From Zygnema circumcarinatum SAG 698-1b (lineage: Eukaryota; Plantae; Zygnematophyceae), in NCBI GenBank assembly GCA_037447605.1, contig CM074810.1, forward strand, positions 3,010,880 to 3,074,879: 64,000 nt of DNA, read 5' to 3'. Shown here in pieces: positions 1 through 10,461 of this stretch. Below the pieces are notes generated by a model. That model was not told the DNA's origin and made no database searches. It worked only from the letters and a program-made list of their open reading frames with translations. How positions within the stretch are numbered: position 1 is the stretch's first letter; each line of letters opens with the position of its first letter. The translations under genes and the position numbers were made by a program.

Positions 1-766
1 TTTTGAATACTGTATCCCGCCTCCCTGAATTTTTTTTTTGAGGGAAAGAAATATCTGCCTGCTCGAATCCGCTCGGAGCGGAAGATCCGTCCGCCACGAG
101 ATCGTTCGCGGGTGTCCGTCCTTCACACGTGTGTGTCAATCGCAGCTGTCGATTTCCCTCGCAGATCGCACCACTGCAGATCACCGTTCGATCTGGAGCC
201 GGGCTCAATTTCAGCGAATGGAAAGCGCCCACGAGTCCCGTCAAAGACGGATCGCACGTGCGAGTGCGCGCGTCCGTCGGCCCGAGATCTCGTCATTGTC
301 AGTTTCCAACCAATCAACATCTACCACGTGTTACATATCGACGTGGAAAATATTGATTGGTTCAAGCTCTCAATGTATTTTGGGTTCCTCAAAGTTGCAA
401 CCATACGACATTTGTACGGACAAGTTTTGGAGACGAGTTTGGCGGGATACGTGGGCACGTGCCATTCGCTGTGACCGAGCCCGGCTGCAGAGCAAATAGT
501 GATCTGCCGTGTTGCGATCTGCGAGGGAATCGACGGCTGCGATTGACCGCACGCGTGAAAAAAAAATTCAGGTAGGCGGGATATTCAAAATGGGGTGACG
601 GGTTATCATTTTCCTTCATTCGCAAAAATAAAATCTGCCGATAGAGGGTGGGTATCGATTCCAAAAAGGTGTGAAAAAAGCATTTTCCGTTTTTAATCCT
701 TTTTGAAATCTGCCCGGCCGGGAAGGGGTGTTTGGATCCAAAAAAGGGGTGGAAATATCACTACCC
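1..766. mobile_element. Non-autonomous long-TIR DNA transposon (MITE family A), copy 1, left end cut off by window start
   Basis: Ends in ...GGGGTGGAAATATCACTACCC (766). It is the reverse complement of the complete element at 17497-18441. No transposase-like ORF. Confidence 0.85.
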
Positions 767-891
767 TTTTCAATGGGCGCAATTTACTGTTTTGTAACTA
801 GGAGCCATAACATTTGCGATTGACAAAATTTTGAATGTTCGACTATATGAAACTGCAATCTTGGAAAAGTGGTTGAGAACAAAAAAGTGTA

Positions 892-1007
892 GTGGGTGCG
901 ACACCGGGACTTCCCGGGAGGTCACCCATCCGAGTACTATTCCGGCCCACAAGCGCAAAGGAGTTCTGATGGGATCCGGCGTAGTAGCCTAGGTATGATC
1001 GCACCAC
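892..1007 (-). pseudogene. 5S rRNA-derived copy 1 (near full length, ~5-nt deletion plus substitutions in the box A region)
   Basis: Reverse complement reads GTGGTGCGATCATACCTAGGCTACTACGCCGGATCCCATCAGAACTCC...GTGGGCCGGAATAGTACTCGGATGGGTGACCTCCCGGGAAGTCCCGGTGTCGCACCCAC, followed by a T6 run. CGCAGCTAAGCGCCT is replaced by CTTTGCGCTT. Confidence 0.9.
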
Positions 1008-1251
1008 AAAGTTTTTGAAACCGGTAATTTTCTCATATTTTTCTTAACTTCAAATCCTCGAAGCATTCGGCCGACTTTGTGGGACCCACGCTTCAGTTTC
1101 CGAGCGATATATTTTTCAAAGTACGATACGATACTAAGCGATCCGATATTGTTTCGGATCTCAAGCTTCTAATTACAGAATCTACATACAGGGCCGGGCC
1201 CTCTTCTGCAAGCTCGCGGCCTCCCTCCCTCCCTGCTCGGCCAGCGTAGCC

Positions 1252-3496
1252 ATGGCGCTCGCTCTCAGGGCGGGCCTGGCGGCGCCATGGCGGATGCAGG
1301 GGTCGAGGGACCCGTCATTACCTGCCACGTGGCTTGCGACGGAGCCTCGTTGGCGTCTTTCCCCTGCGGTGAGGGCAGGTGGCAGTCGGCGACAGCGGTT
1401 GCAGGCGGGGAATAGGTGCAGGGAACCCTAATTCCTGAAGAGATGTGAAGAAATTAAAAAAAAATTGTAAAAACAAGAATCAAATGCATCGCGAACAGGT
1501 TACGTGAGGGGTGTCGTTGATTTTTTATCTTTGTTTGAAGCGTTTTTCGATGAATTTGAACTGATACGGAACAAGAGAGGAATGAATAAGACATAAGATA
1601 CATTTGAAGTTTCAAATTATTTTTCGTTCTTGATGAGTTGTGTGCAGAGCCGCCACGCCACGTGGCGCGTATTCAGGCAGTGAGGGGACGGCGGAGGCTG
1701 CGACCATCGACGTGGTGGCGCAGGTCAGGAACGAGAAGGTACGCCATGGCCATGCCAGCTCTCCCATGCCATGTCATGCCATTTCATGCCATGCCATGCC
1801 ATGTCATACCATGCCAGCTGTCCCATGCCATGCCATGGCAGCTGTTCCATGGCTTGGCATGCCATGCTCCCTCCTATGTCATGCGGGCAACAGGCATGGC
1901 ATGGATGTCAGCATGGCGGCACTTCGGGCATACATGGGCGGGGTTCTCGCTTGGGGCAGATGTGCATGCATGGGAGAGGAGCGAAGGGTCGGGCAGGGAG
2001 TGTAGAGGAGAGGCGGGTCAGGGAGGGAGCGTGCAGGAGAAGTTGGGGAGGAGGTAGTAATAGGGGAGAGGGAATGGAAGGAGTGAGGTGGTGAGGCAGA
2101 GAGGAAGAAGGGGGAAGGAGGGAGGCGCGTGAGTGGGAGGGAGTAGGAAAAGTTGGGAGAACCCAATTTCCAATTTCCGAAACTCCTTTGTTTGCGCAGA
2201 TTTTAGTTCTCGGGGGAAACGGATTTGTGGGTTCGGCTGTTTGCCGCGCTGCTATTGGTCAGGGCATCGAAGTGGTCAGTCTGAACAGGTACTACCTTTA
2301 GGGTTTTCCAATCTTTATCTTCTTTTTGAATTTTAGGTTTGAGATTATCCGGATTCTTTCACATAGCGCTTACAGAAGTCGGTGGCTTTTCAAAAAAAAG
2401 TTGCCTGCATAAACCTCTAATCGATAATTGATTAATTAATTAATTAATAGTTCAGATTTTAATTGCAATTCATCGTGACGGAGTTCCATGCTGCTCCACA
2501 GATCAGGCCCGCCCTCATACACGGATTCGTGGGTGAATGACGTCACTTGGGTTCGAGGTTGGGGCGCTAAAACCCCAAAACCCTACAATTCAAACTCCTA
2601 AATTCTAAAGGCTGAAAAAATGATGACGTCAAGGTCTAAAGAGTTTCAGAAGCCTCCTGAAGAAGCCGAAGCTTGACTCTTTTTTTTCCTGAAAGTCTTC
2701 GTTTCTTGAAAAGGAGAAAGGTTTATTGATGGTCTCTCCCTCTCTCTATCTCTGTCCCTCTCTCTCACTCTCTCCCTCTCTCTCTCCCTTCCTCTCCCCT
2801 TTATTCCATCCTTTCTACCAAAATCCTCCGTCCCCGTTTTCTATCCAAACTGAGGTTCAGTCCGAATCGAAATTTTTGAATGGCTCCGATTATGGTCCTC
2901 AATGACCCGGCTGATGTCTCCACAGTCTGAAATTGTATTAATTTACAAATTTTGTGGAAGACAGTTTTCTTTGGTGCGCAATTATAATTGTAATGTTTTG
3001 ATGATTTGCAGGCGACGTGTTTTCCGTGGATTGGGATAAGCTCGTTTCCGGAATATTCACCGTTGTTTCGTGCATTGGCGGATTTGGAGATAACGAAACC
3101 ATGGAACGAGTCAACGGCGACGCAACAGTTGCAGCGGTCAACGGAGTCATAGAGAGCCGTGAGTGAGTCCAGTTTGAGTGATATTTCTGAACTTATTTAT
3201 AGGCTTATTTATAGTTTCATTCTCAATGTATCGATTATTTTTCTATAGTTTGTTTACCTGGTTGCCTCTTATCTTAGCTTATAACTCATGATCCGAAATT
3301 TGCAAAGGAAAATTAAAAGGGAAGAAGGGAAGGGAAGGATTTGAACGCTGAGAAATGCTCTTCAATCTTTGGAATCTTGAAGTAGTGAAAAGCTGCGATC
3401 TATTGAAAATTCAACAGATTTAAGGTTGTAAAGTTGAAATTTAGAAGGCCTTCATCAAAATGTTAAAGGAGACTAAAGAGCACTGTAACCCTAAGA

Positions 3497-3531
<35 letters not shown>

Positions 3532-4298
3532 ACTTTCTGTCTCTTTCGCTCCCTCTCCTCGCTCTCCCTCCTCCCTCCCATCTCTCTTTCATTTTCTTGC
3601 TGTTTCAATGGCAGCCGTTGAGCGCTTCATTTTCATTTCAGTCCACGACTACAACCTTCCGTCCTTTGCCTTGAATAACGGATATTTCAACGGAAAACGG
3701 AGAGCTGAAGCATGTGTCCTGGCGAAATTCCCCGCCTCAGGTGAAAATACCTCCACCCCAAAAACCTCGGAAATCTTCTCAGAAAACTCCAAACTTTGCC
3801 CAAAACCCTAAACCCCAAAACCCTGAACACTTCAAACCCTAAGTACCTTAACCCTAACCAAACCCTAAAAATCTTCACCCTAAACCCCAAAACCCCAAAA
3901 CCCTAAACCTTAAACCCCAAAACCCCAAAACCCTAAACCCTAAACCCCAAAACCCTAACAACTGCAGCAACAGCATCATCCACAATCCCCCGCCCGTTCC
4001 ATGTGGCCGTTGAACAGGCGTGGTGTTGCGCCCCGGATTCATTTACGGAAAACGGCGCATGGGTTCCGTTGAGATTCCGTTGGACCTCGTGGGCCGCCCT
4101 TTGGCGGCGGCTCTCAAGGCGACCGAAAATTGGACCAATCCGGTCGCGGCGCTGCCCGGGTCGGACCTCCTCTTCGCGCCGCCCCTCGCCGTGGAGGAAG
4201 TGGCGGCGGCGGTCGTGGCGGCGGTCATGGACAAGGGCATAAAGGGGGTGTTGCCGATTAACAGAATTAAGGAATTGGCGGACCAAGTAAGGACTTGA
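1252..4298 (+). CDS. NAD(P)-binding Rossmann-fold protein, At1g32220-like (probably plastid-targeted), 7 exons
   Basis: GT-AG exons 1252-1415, 1648-1738, 2200-2288, 2502-2557, 3012-3158, 3615-3740, 4018-4298 join in frame: ...TIDVVAQVRNEK-ILVLGGNGFVGSAVCRAAIGQGIEVVSLNR-SGPP...SCIGGFG...RFIFISVHDYNLP...GYFNGKRRAE...GVVLRPGFIYGKR. GxxGxxG motif. Ala/Arg-rich N-terminus. Confidence 0.9.
3800..3960. repeat. Degenerate telomere-like (CCCTAAA) tract in intron 6
   Basis: Repeated AAACCCTAAA/AAACCCCAAA units. Confidence 0.85.
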
Positions 4299-4520
4299 GG
4301 AGTTAGGGTTTAGGGTTTAAGGGTTTGGGGTTTGGGGGTTTAGGGTTTGGGGTTTGGGGTTTAAGGGTTTGGGGTTTGGGGTTTGGGCTTTGGGAAAGGT
4401 TTGGGGTTGAGGGTTTAAGGGTGAGGGTTTTGGGTTTAGGGTCTGGGGTTTTCGGTTTTAGAGTTTAAGGATTAGGGTTTAGGGTTGAGGGTCTGGGATT
4501 TGGGGTTTAGGGTTTAAGGA
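4299..4520. repeat. Degenerate telomere-like (TTTAGGG/TTTGGGG) tract directly after the stop codon
   Basis: gttagggtttagggtttaagggtttggggtttggggg... Confidence 0.85.
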
Positions 4521-4699
4521 TTGGACCTAGGGGAAAGTGACATCTCGAAATCGGTACGTGTTTACAGTGCTATAGGTAACAATGTCGGAATGAAGAGGAC
4601 TAGTTTCGAACCGACTCTCCTTGAGGCAAAAAAAAGTGAATAAATAGACAAGCAGACCCTAGTGTGTATTAACCCGAGCAAGCGTGACGTCAGCGAATG

Positions 4700-4900
4700 G
4701 CCATGCCAGGAACTCGATCGAGCCGTCCGATGTGCCACGTCAGGTCCATTCTTGTCTCCGAACCGTCCGATGCGGTGCCACGTGGAATAGTCTTGGGGGC
4801 CCCTACATCCAACGACCCCATGCAGCAATCCAACGGTCCGCATCTTTCGGGCACCCCCGTGGAACATCCGCGCCTGCCTCGCATATTCAACGGTCGCATC
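4700..4900. repeat. Cluster of CCACGT and ATCCAACGGTC motifs (dispersed small repeat family)
   Basis: ccgtccgatgtgccacgt, ccgtccgatgcggtgccacgtgg, atccaacgacc, atccaacggtcc, attcaacggtcg. Related sequence at 31500-31560, 52885-53225 and 56770-56960. Confidence 0.55.
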
Positions 4901-5326
4901 CATTTTAATCAAGAACCACTGTTTTTAAAATTCTGAAGTATTTTATTTTTTTATGAAATTTGAGGCACCCGCCTTTTTTTTTGCATTTTCACAATTACTA
5001 TATTTTAGTGTTCTCCAAAAAATTCCAAGAGCTCCCAAGAAAGCCCAAAATAAAGCCCCTATATACAATGGATGCCCCCCCCCGTCGACGTGACATGGAC
5101 GACTATCGTACACCTTCGCATCTCCCAAAACCCTACATCGCTGTGAAACCTAAAAATGATCTAAAACCCTAGTTGATCTAAAACCCTAGTTGCTCCAAAA
5201 CCCTAGTTGATCCAAAACCTTCACAAATGATCCAAAACCCAACAATTGCTCCAAAAACCTAGTGGATCCAAAACCCTAGTTGCTCCAAACCCTAGTTGAT
5301 CCAAAACCCTAAAAACCCTAATTCTC

Positions 5327-6819
5327 TCAAAGGCGTGCTTTAAGGCTGTGATTTGACTGCCTGCGCGCCACTCCCTCTCCCTCTCCCTCTCCCTCCCCTC
5401 CCTCCCTCCCCCTCTCCTCCCTCCTCCTCGCCGCCTTCATCAGGATCAAATGGACGGCGGAAAAATGCGGACTTGTGCGCTGCTCCACTCGCTCCATCCA
5501 CTTCTTAACTTTATCGAAAGTTTCCATTATCGAGGATTTCTCCACTTGATCAAGGAGCTGCGAAGTTGAGCATTTCAGGGCTTCAGCACTTTACAGAGGG
5601 AAAGGTCCAAGTGAGAGGAGGGCTCATGACTTTTGGGTTTCTATGAACAGAAAACTGCAAACTAAATATGATTCAAACAATCAAACCCTCCTTTCTTCAT
5701 TTTTTGAAAAGTTTCATCCACATCGTCCTGCATAGCCCTAAAATTTTGAACTTTCACATTACTGACAGCAATTCCTTTTCCTTTTCCTGTTCTTTCTTTA
5801 CTGGCGGCTATTTACACACCTTTTTTGGCTAGATACACACCTTTTTCGCCGGTCAGTTTTTAGTTCTCTTATTTAACCAAAATGGTGTGTATGTAGCCAA
5901 AAAAGGTGTGTAAATAATAGACTCCCCCCTTTTTTTTTGGTTCACTTTTCAGACCCTCACCTCAAGCTGCTTCAGTTCACACGCGAGACTGAGATCTGCA
6001 ATCGACGGCTGCGATGCTCCGTTCAGAAAGGGAGAATCTCCACGGAGCCAAACTGTTTCCATGCTCCCCAGTGCCCCCCTCAGTAACTTTTTGGCCTCAT
6101 CTGCCGCCCTCTCATCGAGGGGCAGTCCGAGGGAGGGGGCCAACACCTTCTGCATCACAAGACCGGCTGGAAAAACCCAAAACCCTTCCCAGATTCCATT
6201 AAGAAAAAGGAAAAAAAAGCATCTCTAAAACCCTAAGTCCAAGACGAGACGATCCCTGCAAACCCTAAATCTGCAAGAAGCCTAAAGCCCTTACTTAGGC
6301 CCCAAAATCTTCTGCTATTGAGTTGAGTCTGACTAAAGCCTGACTGACTGACTGACTGACTGACTATGAAACAGAAAAGAAACGGAACGGAACGAAACGG
6401 AAACAAGAGTGGTAGACAACGACGTTAACGGAACGGCAGTGCATGGAGACAGTTAGAGCTAACCCGCCCCCCTCCGCAGGTTGTTGTGATGCCAATCCAG
6501 AACCGCGTCCACCTTCGCACGCCGCGTCACATCGGAAGGATACCTGAACACTCAGTTTCAGTTTCAGTTTCAGTTTCAGTTTCAGTTTCAGTTTTAGTTT
6601 CAGTATCCGAGTCACCCAACCGCCAGCCCTCCCCTTGTCGTGTTCCAATGCAGAGCGGCATCTTTTGGAGGATAAAACAAAAGCAGGGCGGCCCAGAACT
6701 GAATTCTGAGCTGCTTCTTCCCGCCACGTGGCGGCCGTGCATTGGTCCGTTTGTCCGCGCGCGCTCACCAGTGGTCGGCGCAGCGCCGAGACGCCGCGAG
6801 GTAGCGGAGGACCGCGTGG
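5327..6819 (-). CDS. GSTT: Glutathione S-transferase, theta class (3' four exons; N-terminal ~65 aa not visible), C-terminal PTS1 ARL
   Basis: Exons 6769-6819 (HAVLRYLAASRRCADHW), 6464-6543 (YPSDVTRRAKVDAVLDWHHNNLRRGA), 5961-6166 (VLAPSLGLPLD...FLNGASQPSIADLSLACELKQLE), 5327-5557 (...VKKWMERVEQRTSPHFSAVHLILMK...ARL*). These match plant GSTT motifs. Confidence 0.88.
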
Positions 6820-6829
6820 CTGCGCACAG

Positions 6830-8558
6830 CATGGGGAGGGAGGGAGGAGGGAGGCGGTAAGGAGTAGGGGTAAGAGGGGTGGGGGGGTGGTATTGGGAGG
6901 GGGTAGGGGGGTAGGGGGGATTAATGGGGGTGGGCGGGGGTGGGGGTGGGGGGGTGGGAGGGGTAAGAGGGGTGGGGGGGTAGGGGGGTAGGGGGGTAGG
7001 GGGGCAGGGGGCTGGGGGGTAGGGGGTTGGGGGGCTGGGGGGTGGGGGGCAAGGGGGGGTGGGGGGTGGGGGGGGGGGGGGGGGGGGTGGGGGGGGGGGG
7101 GTGGGGGGTGGGGGGGGGGGGTGGGGGGGTGGGGGGGGGGGGGGGGGGGGGTGGGGGTGGGGGGTGGGGGGGGGGTGGGGGTGGGGGTGGGGAGTGGGGG
7201 GTGGGGGTAGGGGGTAGGGGGTAGGGGGTAGGGGGTAGGGGGTAGGGGTAGGGGGTATGGTGTAGGGTGTAGGGGTAGGGGGTAGGGGGGGGTAGGGGGG
7301 TGGGGGGGTAGGGGGTAGGGGGTGGGGGTGGGGGTAGGGGGTAGGGGTGAGGGGTGGGGGGTGGGGAGGTAGGGGTAGGGGTGGGGGGTAGGGGGTAGGG
7401 GGTAAAGGGGTGGGGGGTGTTAGGGGGTGTGGGGGGTGGTGGGGGGTAGGGGGGGTGGGCCGGGGGTAGGGGGTAGGGGGTGGGGGGGGTGGGGGGTAGG
7501 GGGGATGGGGGTAGGGGTAGGGGGTGACAGGGGGTGTGGGGGTATTAGGGGTAGGGGTAGGGGTGAGGGGGGTAAAGGCGCGGGGGTGTTAGGGGGGGTA
7601 GGGGGGTAAGAGGGGTGTTAGGGGAGTGGGGGGGTAGGGGGGTAGGGGGGGTAGGGGGGGTAGGCGGGGAGTAGGGGGTGAGGGGGTAGGGGTAGAGTGT
7701 TAGGGGGTGGCCCGGGGTAAGTGGGGGGTAGGAGGGGTAGGGGGTAGGGGTAGGGGAGCCAAGGGAGTGGGGGGTAGAGTAGGCGGGGTGGGGGGGTGGG
7801 GGTGGGGGGTGGGGGTGGGGGGGGTAGGGAGGGTAGGGGGGTAGGGGGGTAGGGGGGTAGGGGGGTAGGAGGGGGGGGGTAGGGGGGGTAGGGGGGTAGG
7901 GGGGTAGGGGTTATGGGGGTAGGGGGTTCGTAGGGGGTAGTAGGGGGTAGGGGGGGTAGGGGGTAGGGGCGTAGGGAGTAGGGGGGTAGGGGTTGGGGGG
8001 GGGGGGGGTGTGGGTGGGGGGGGTGGGGGGGTAGGGGGTAGGGGGGTGGGGGGGTGGGGGGTGCAGGGGGTGGGGGGGTGGGGGGTAGGGGGTAGGGGGG
8101 ATGGGGGGTAGGGGGTAGGGAGGGGTAGGGGGTAGGGGGTAGGGGGTAGGGGGGGGTAGGGGGTAGGGGGTGATGCAGGGGGTGGGGGGGGTAGGCAGGG
8201 TGGGGGGTAGGGGTGGGGGGGTGGGGGGTGGGGGGGTGGGGGGTAGGGGTGGGGGGTGGGGGGTAGGGGTGGGGGGTGGGGGGTAGGGGGGAGTAGGGGG
8301 GTGGGGGGTAGGGGGTGGCCGAGGGGTAGGGGGTAGGGGGGAGTAGGGGGGTAGGGGGTGGGGGGGTGGGGAGGTGGGGGGTGAGGGGTGGGCGGGGTAG
8401 AGAGGGGGTGGGGGGTAGGGGGGTAGAGTAGGGGGTGTGGTGAGGTGGGGGTAGGGGTAGGAGGGGTGGGGGGTGCAGGGGGTAGGGGGTAGGGGTGGGG
8501 GGGTAGGGGGTGGGGGGGGGTGGGGGGTAGGGGGGTGGGGGGTAGGGGGTAGGGGTGG
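6830..8558. repeat. ~1.7-kb G-rich low-complexity tract (GGGGT/GGGGGTA units), running into a 100-N gap
   Basis: Nearly uninterrupted G runs separated by T/TA. Confidence 0.9.
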
Positions 8559-8658
8559 NNNNNNNNNNNNNNNNNNNNNNNNNNNNNNNNNNNNNNNNNN
8601 NNNNNNNNNNNNNNNNNNNNNNNNNNNNNNNNNNNNNNNNNNNNNNNNNNNNNNNNNN
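8559..8658. other. Assembly gap (100 N; further 100-N gaps at 22211-22310 and ~60023-60122; several 10-N gaps)
   Basis: N runs. Confidence 1.
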
Positions 8659-10461
8659 TAGGCATTTGAAAAAACGAGAAGAAGCACCGGAACCAATTCA
8701 AAAACTTCTATTACTAAACTTGCTTGGTGTGCGAAATTGATAGTTAGAACCGTACGAGGAGTTGCTTGTGGCTATTTTCAATGAAACCATGGCTCTGTTT
8801 CACTTGTTTGGTAGACCCCTTGTGCTTAGTTTTGCAAGTTGTGTGTCTATTAAGGTTTGTAGGATTGCAGCGCTCTCAATGGCATTGGTGCGGCCATATA
8901 AGGCACTGCCTCTGTGTGGGAATGAGAGAGAGAGAGACGGAGGGAGTGTGCGTGCGTAGAGTTCACAGTCAACAGACATCGAAAAACGTCTTGCAAGGTT
9001 TTAGGCTATGACGTCTCGCAATGTTCAATTGTTCAAATCGTCCAATGAGATTTTAAGGACTTACCCCCTCGGGTCTCTCTGTTTCTCTCTACTTCTCTTC
9101 CTCTCTCCCCTCTCTCCGTCTCGCCCTCTTTGGTCTCCTTGCGTCCCCCTGCCCCTCGACCTGCCTCTCTCCCTCTCCCCCGCTCTCGACTTTTCCAAAT
9201 TTCAAAGGTCAGAAACGATGTCAGCATTCATTAGGAAAGACAGAGACGGGCGCTTTCATTCTGAGCCCATCCTTTTATTTACAAATTCGGCCCTCTCCCA
9301 CAATTGAGGCAGATTTCAACCCTGACTTCAGCCAGAGCCTTGGCCACTTCCTAGCTTTGAAAGCGAAATTTTAGTGCTTCAGAACTGCCCATCCACCACA
9401 TTACAACTTTCAAACTACTGACCTGCCAAATACTCCCATTCTCAATGTTTCTGCGTATCCTAAAGGGGCTAAAACAGGGCCCCATTCCCTTAGTAGCTCT
9501 GCTCCACAAACTTCTCCCGCCTGCACAACAATATAAAAGGAAACAAAATCAGTCCCAGCCCTTCAAATTAGGCACACACTCGCATGACGACTCCCTCATT
9601 TCGTTTCGTCTGAATACATGTCACAGTTTAGCCGTCCTTCAGCCCTCCCTCGTCGAAATCCTTGTCGTCTCCCTCTCCCCTCTTCCCTCTCCCTCTCCCA
9701 TTCCCTCTTCCCAATCCCTCTCCTCTCCTTCGATCAGCCCTCCCCTTCAGGAAGCCACTCTCCCTCTCTCACCTGAACAGCTTCTTCCCGCGATGCCTCC
9801 AACCCCCTGTCACTACTCAAAGACGGAGTGGTCCGCCATGGGCCTGCAGGAAAAGAGGAGGCCGGCAAAAAAGCAGATGAGAATGTGATGGGAGAGAATA
9901 ACGAGATGTTTCAGACTCCTCAACATCGTCATTGTGGAGACGCAGCTGAAGGATCCATGTAAGGGATCCACGTCAAGAAGGAAGTTAAAAAAGCCTTGCA
10001 ATAACTGCAGCAATGCAAAACGCAGGCAATGGCAGGAGTCTACAACCAGTAACTCTTCGAATTAGTTTCCTTAATCGCGTTTTCTTGCAGCTGTTCATTC
10101 TAAGCATCAAATAGTAAACAAATAATCTTCAAATAAGTCAAACGAGCACCTCTGTGAGGTAATGCTGCTCATTCATTTCAAGCCTTCGACACTGCATTAC
10201 AGTTGTCGACAATACTTACCTTCAGAAGAGAGAGAGAGAGAGAGAGGAGAGACAGAGAGGAGAGAGAGGAGAGAGGGAGAGAGGGGGAGGAAGGGGGAGA
10301 GAGAGCGGGGGAGAGAGTAAGGGGGGAAGAGAAAGGGAAAAAGAGGGGGAAAAAGAGGGGGAGAGAGAGGGGGAGAGAGGGGGAGAGAGACGGCAAGAGA
10401 GAGAGGGGGGGAGAGAGGGGAAGAGAGAGAGGGGAGAGAGAAGGGGAGAGANNNNNNNNNN

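Noticed and set aside
38-664. ORFs inside MITE A as a transposase
   Set aside because: Short, overlapping on both strands, no DDE or DNA-binding motifs, and not conserved in frame in the second copy.
7700-8701. 333-aa Pro/Thr/Tyr-rich extensin-like ORFs
   Set aside because: By-product of the G-rich tract: open in several frames, no signal peptide, no SP4 periodicity, and it crosses an N gap.
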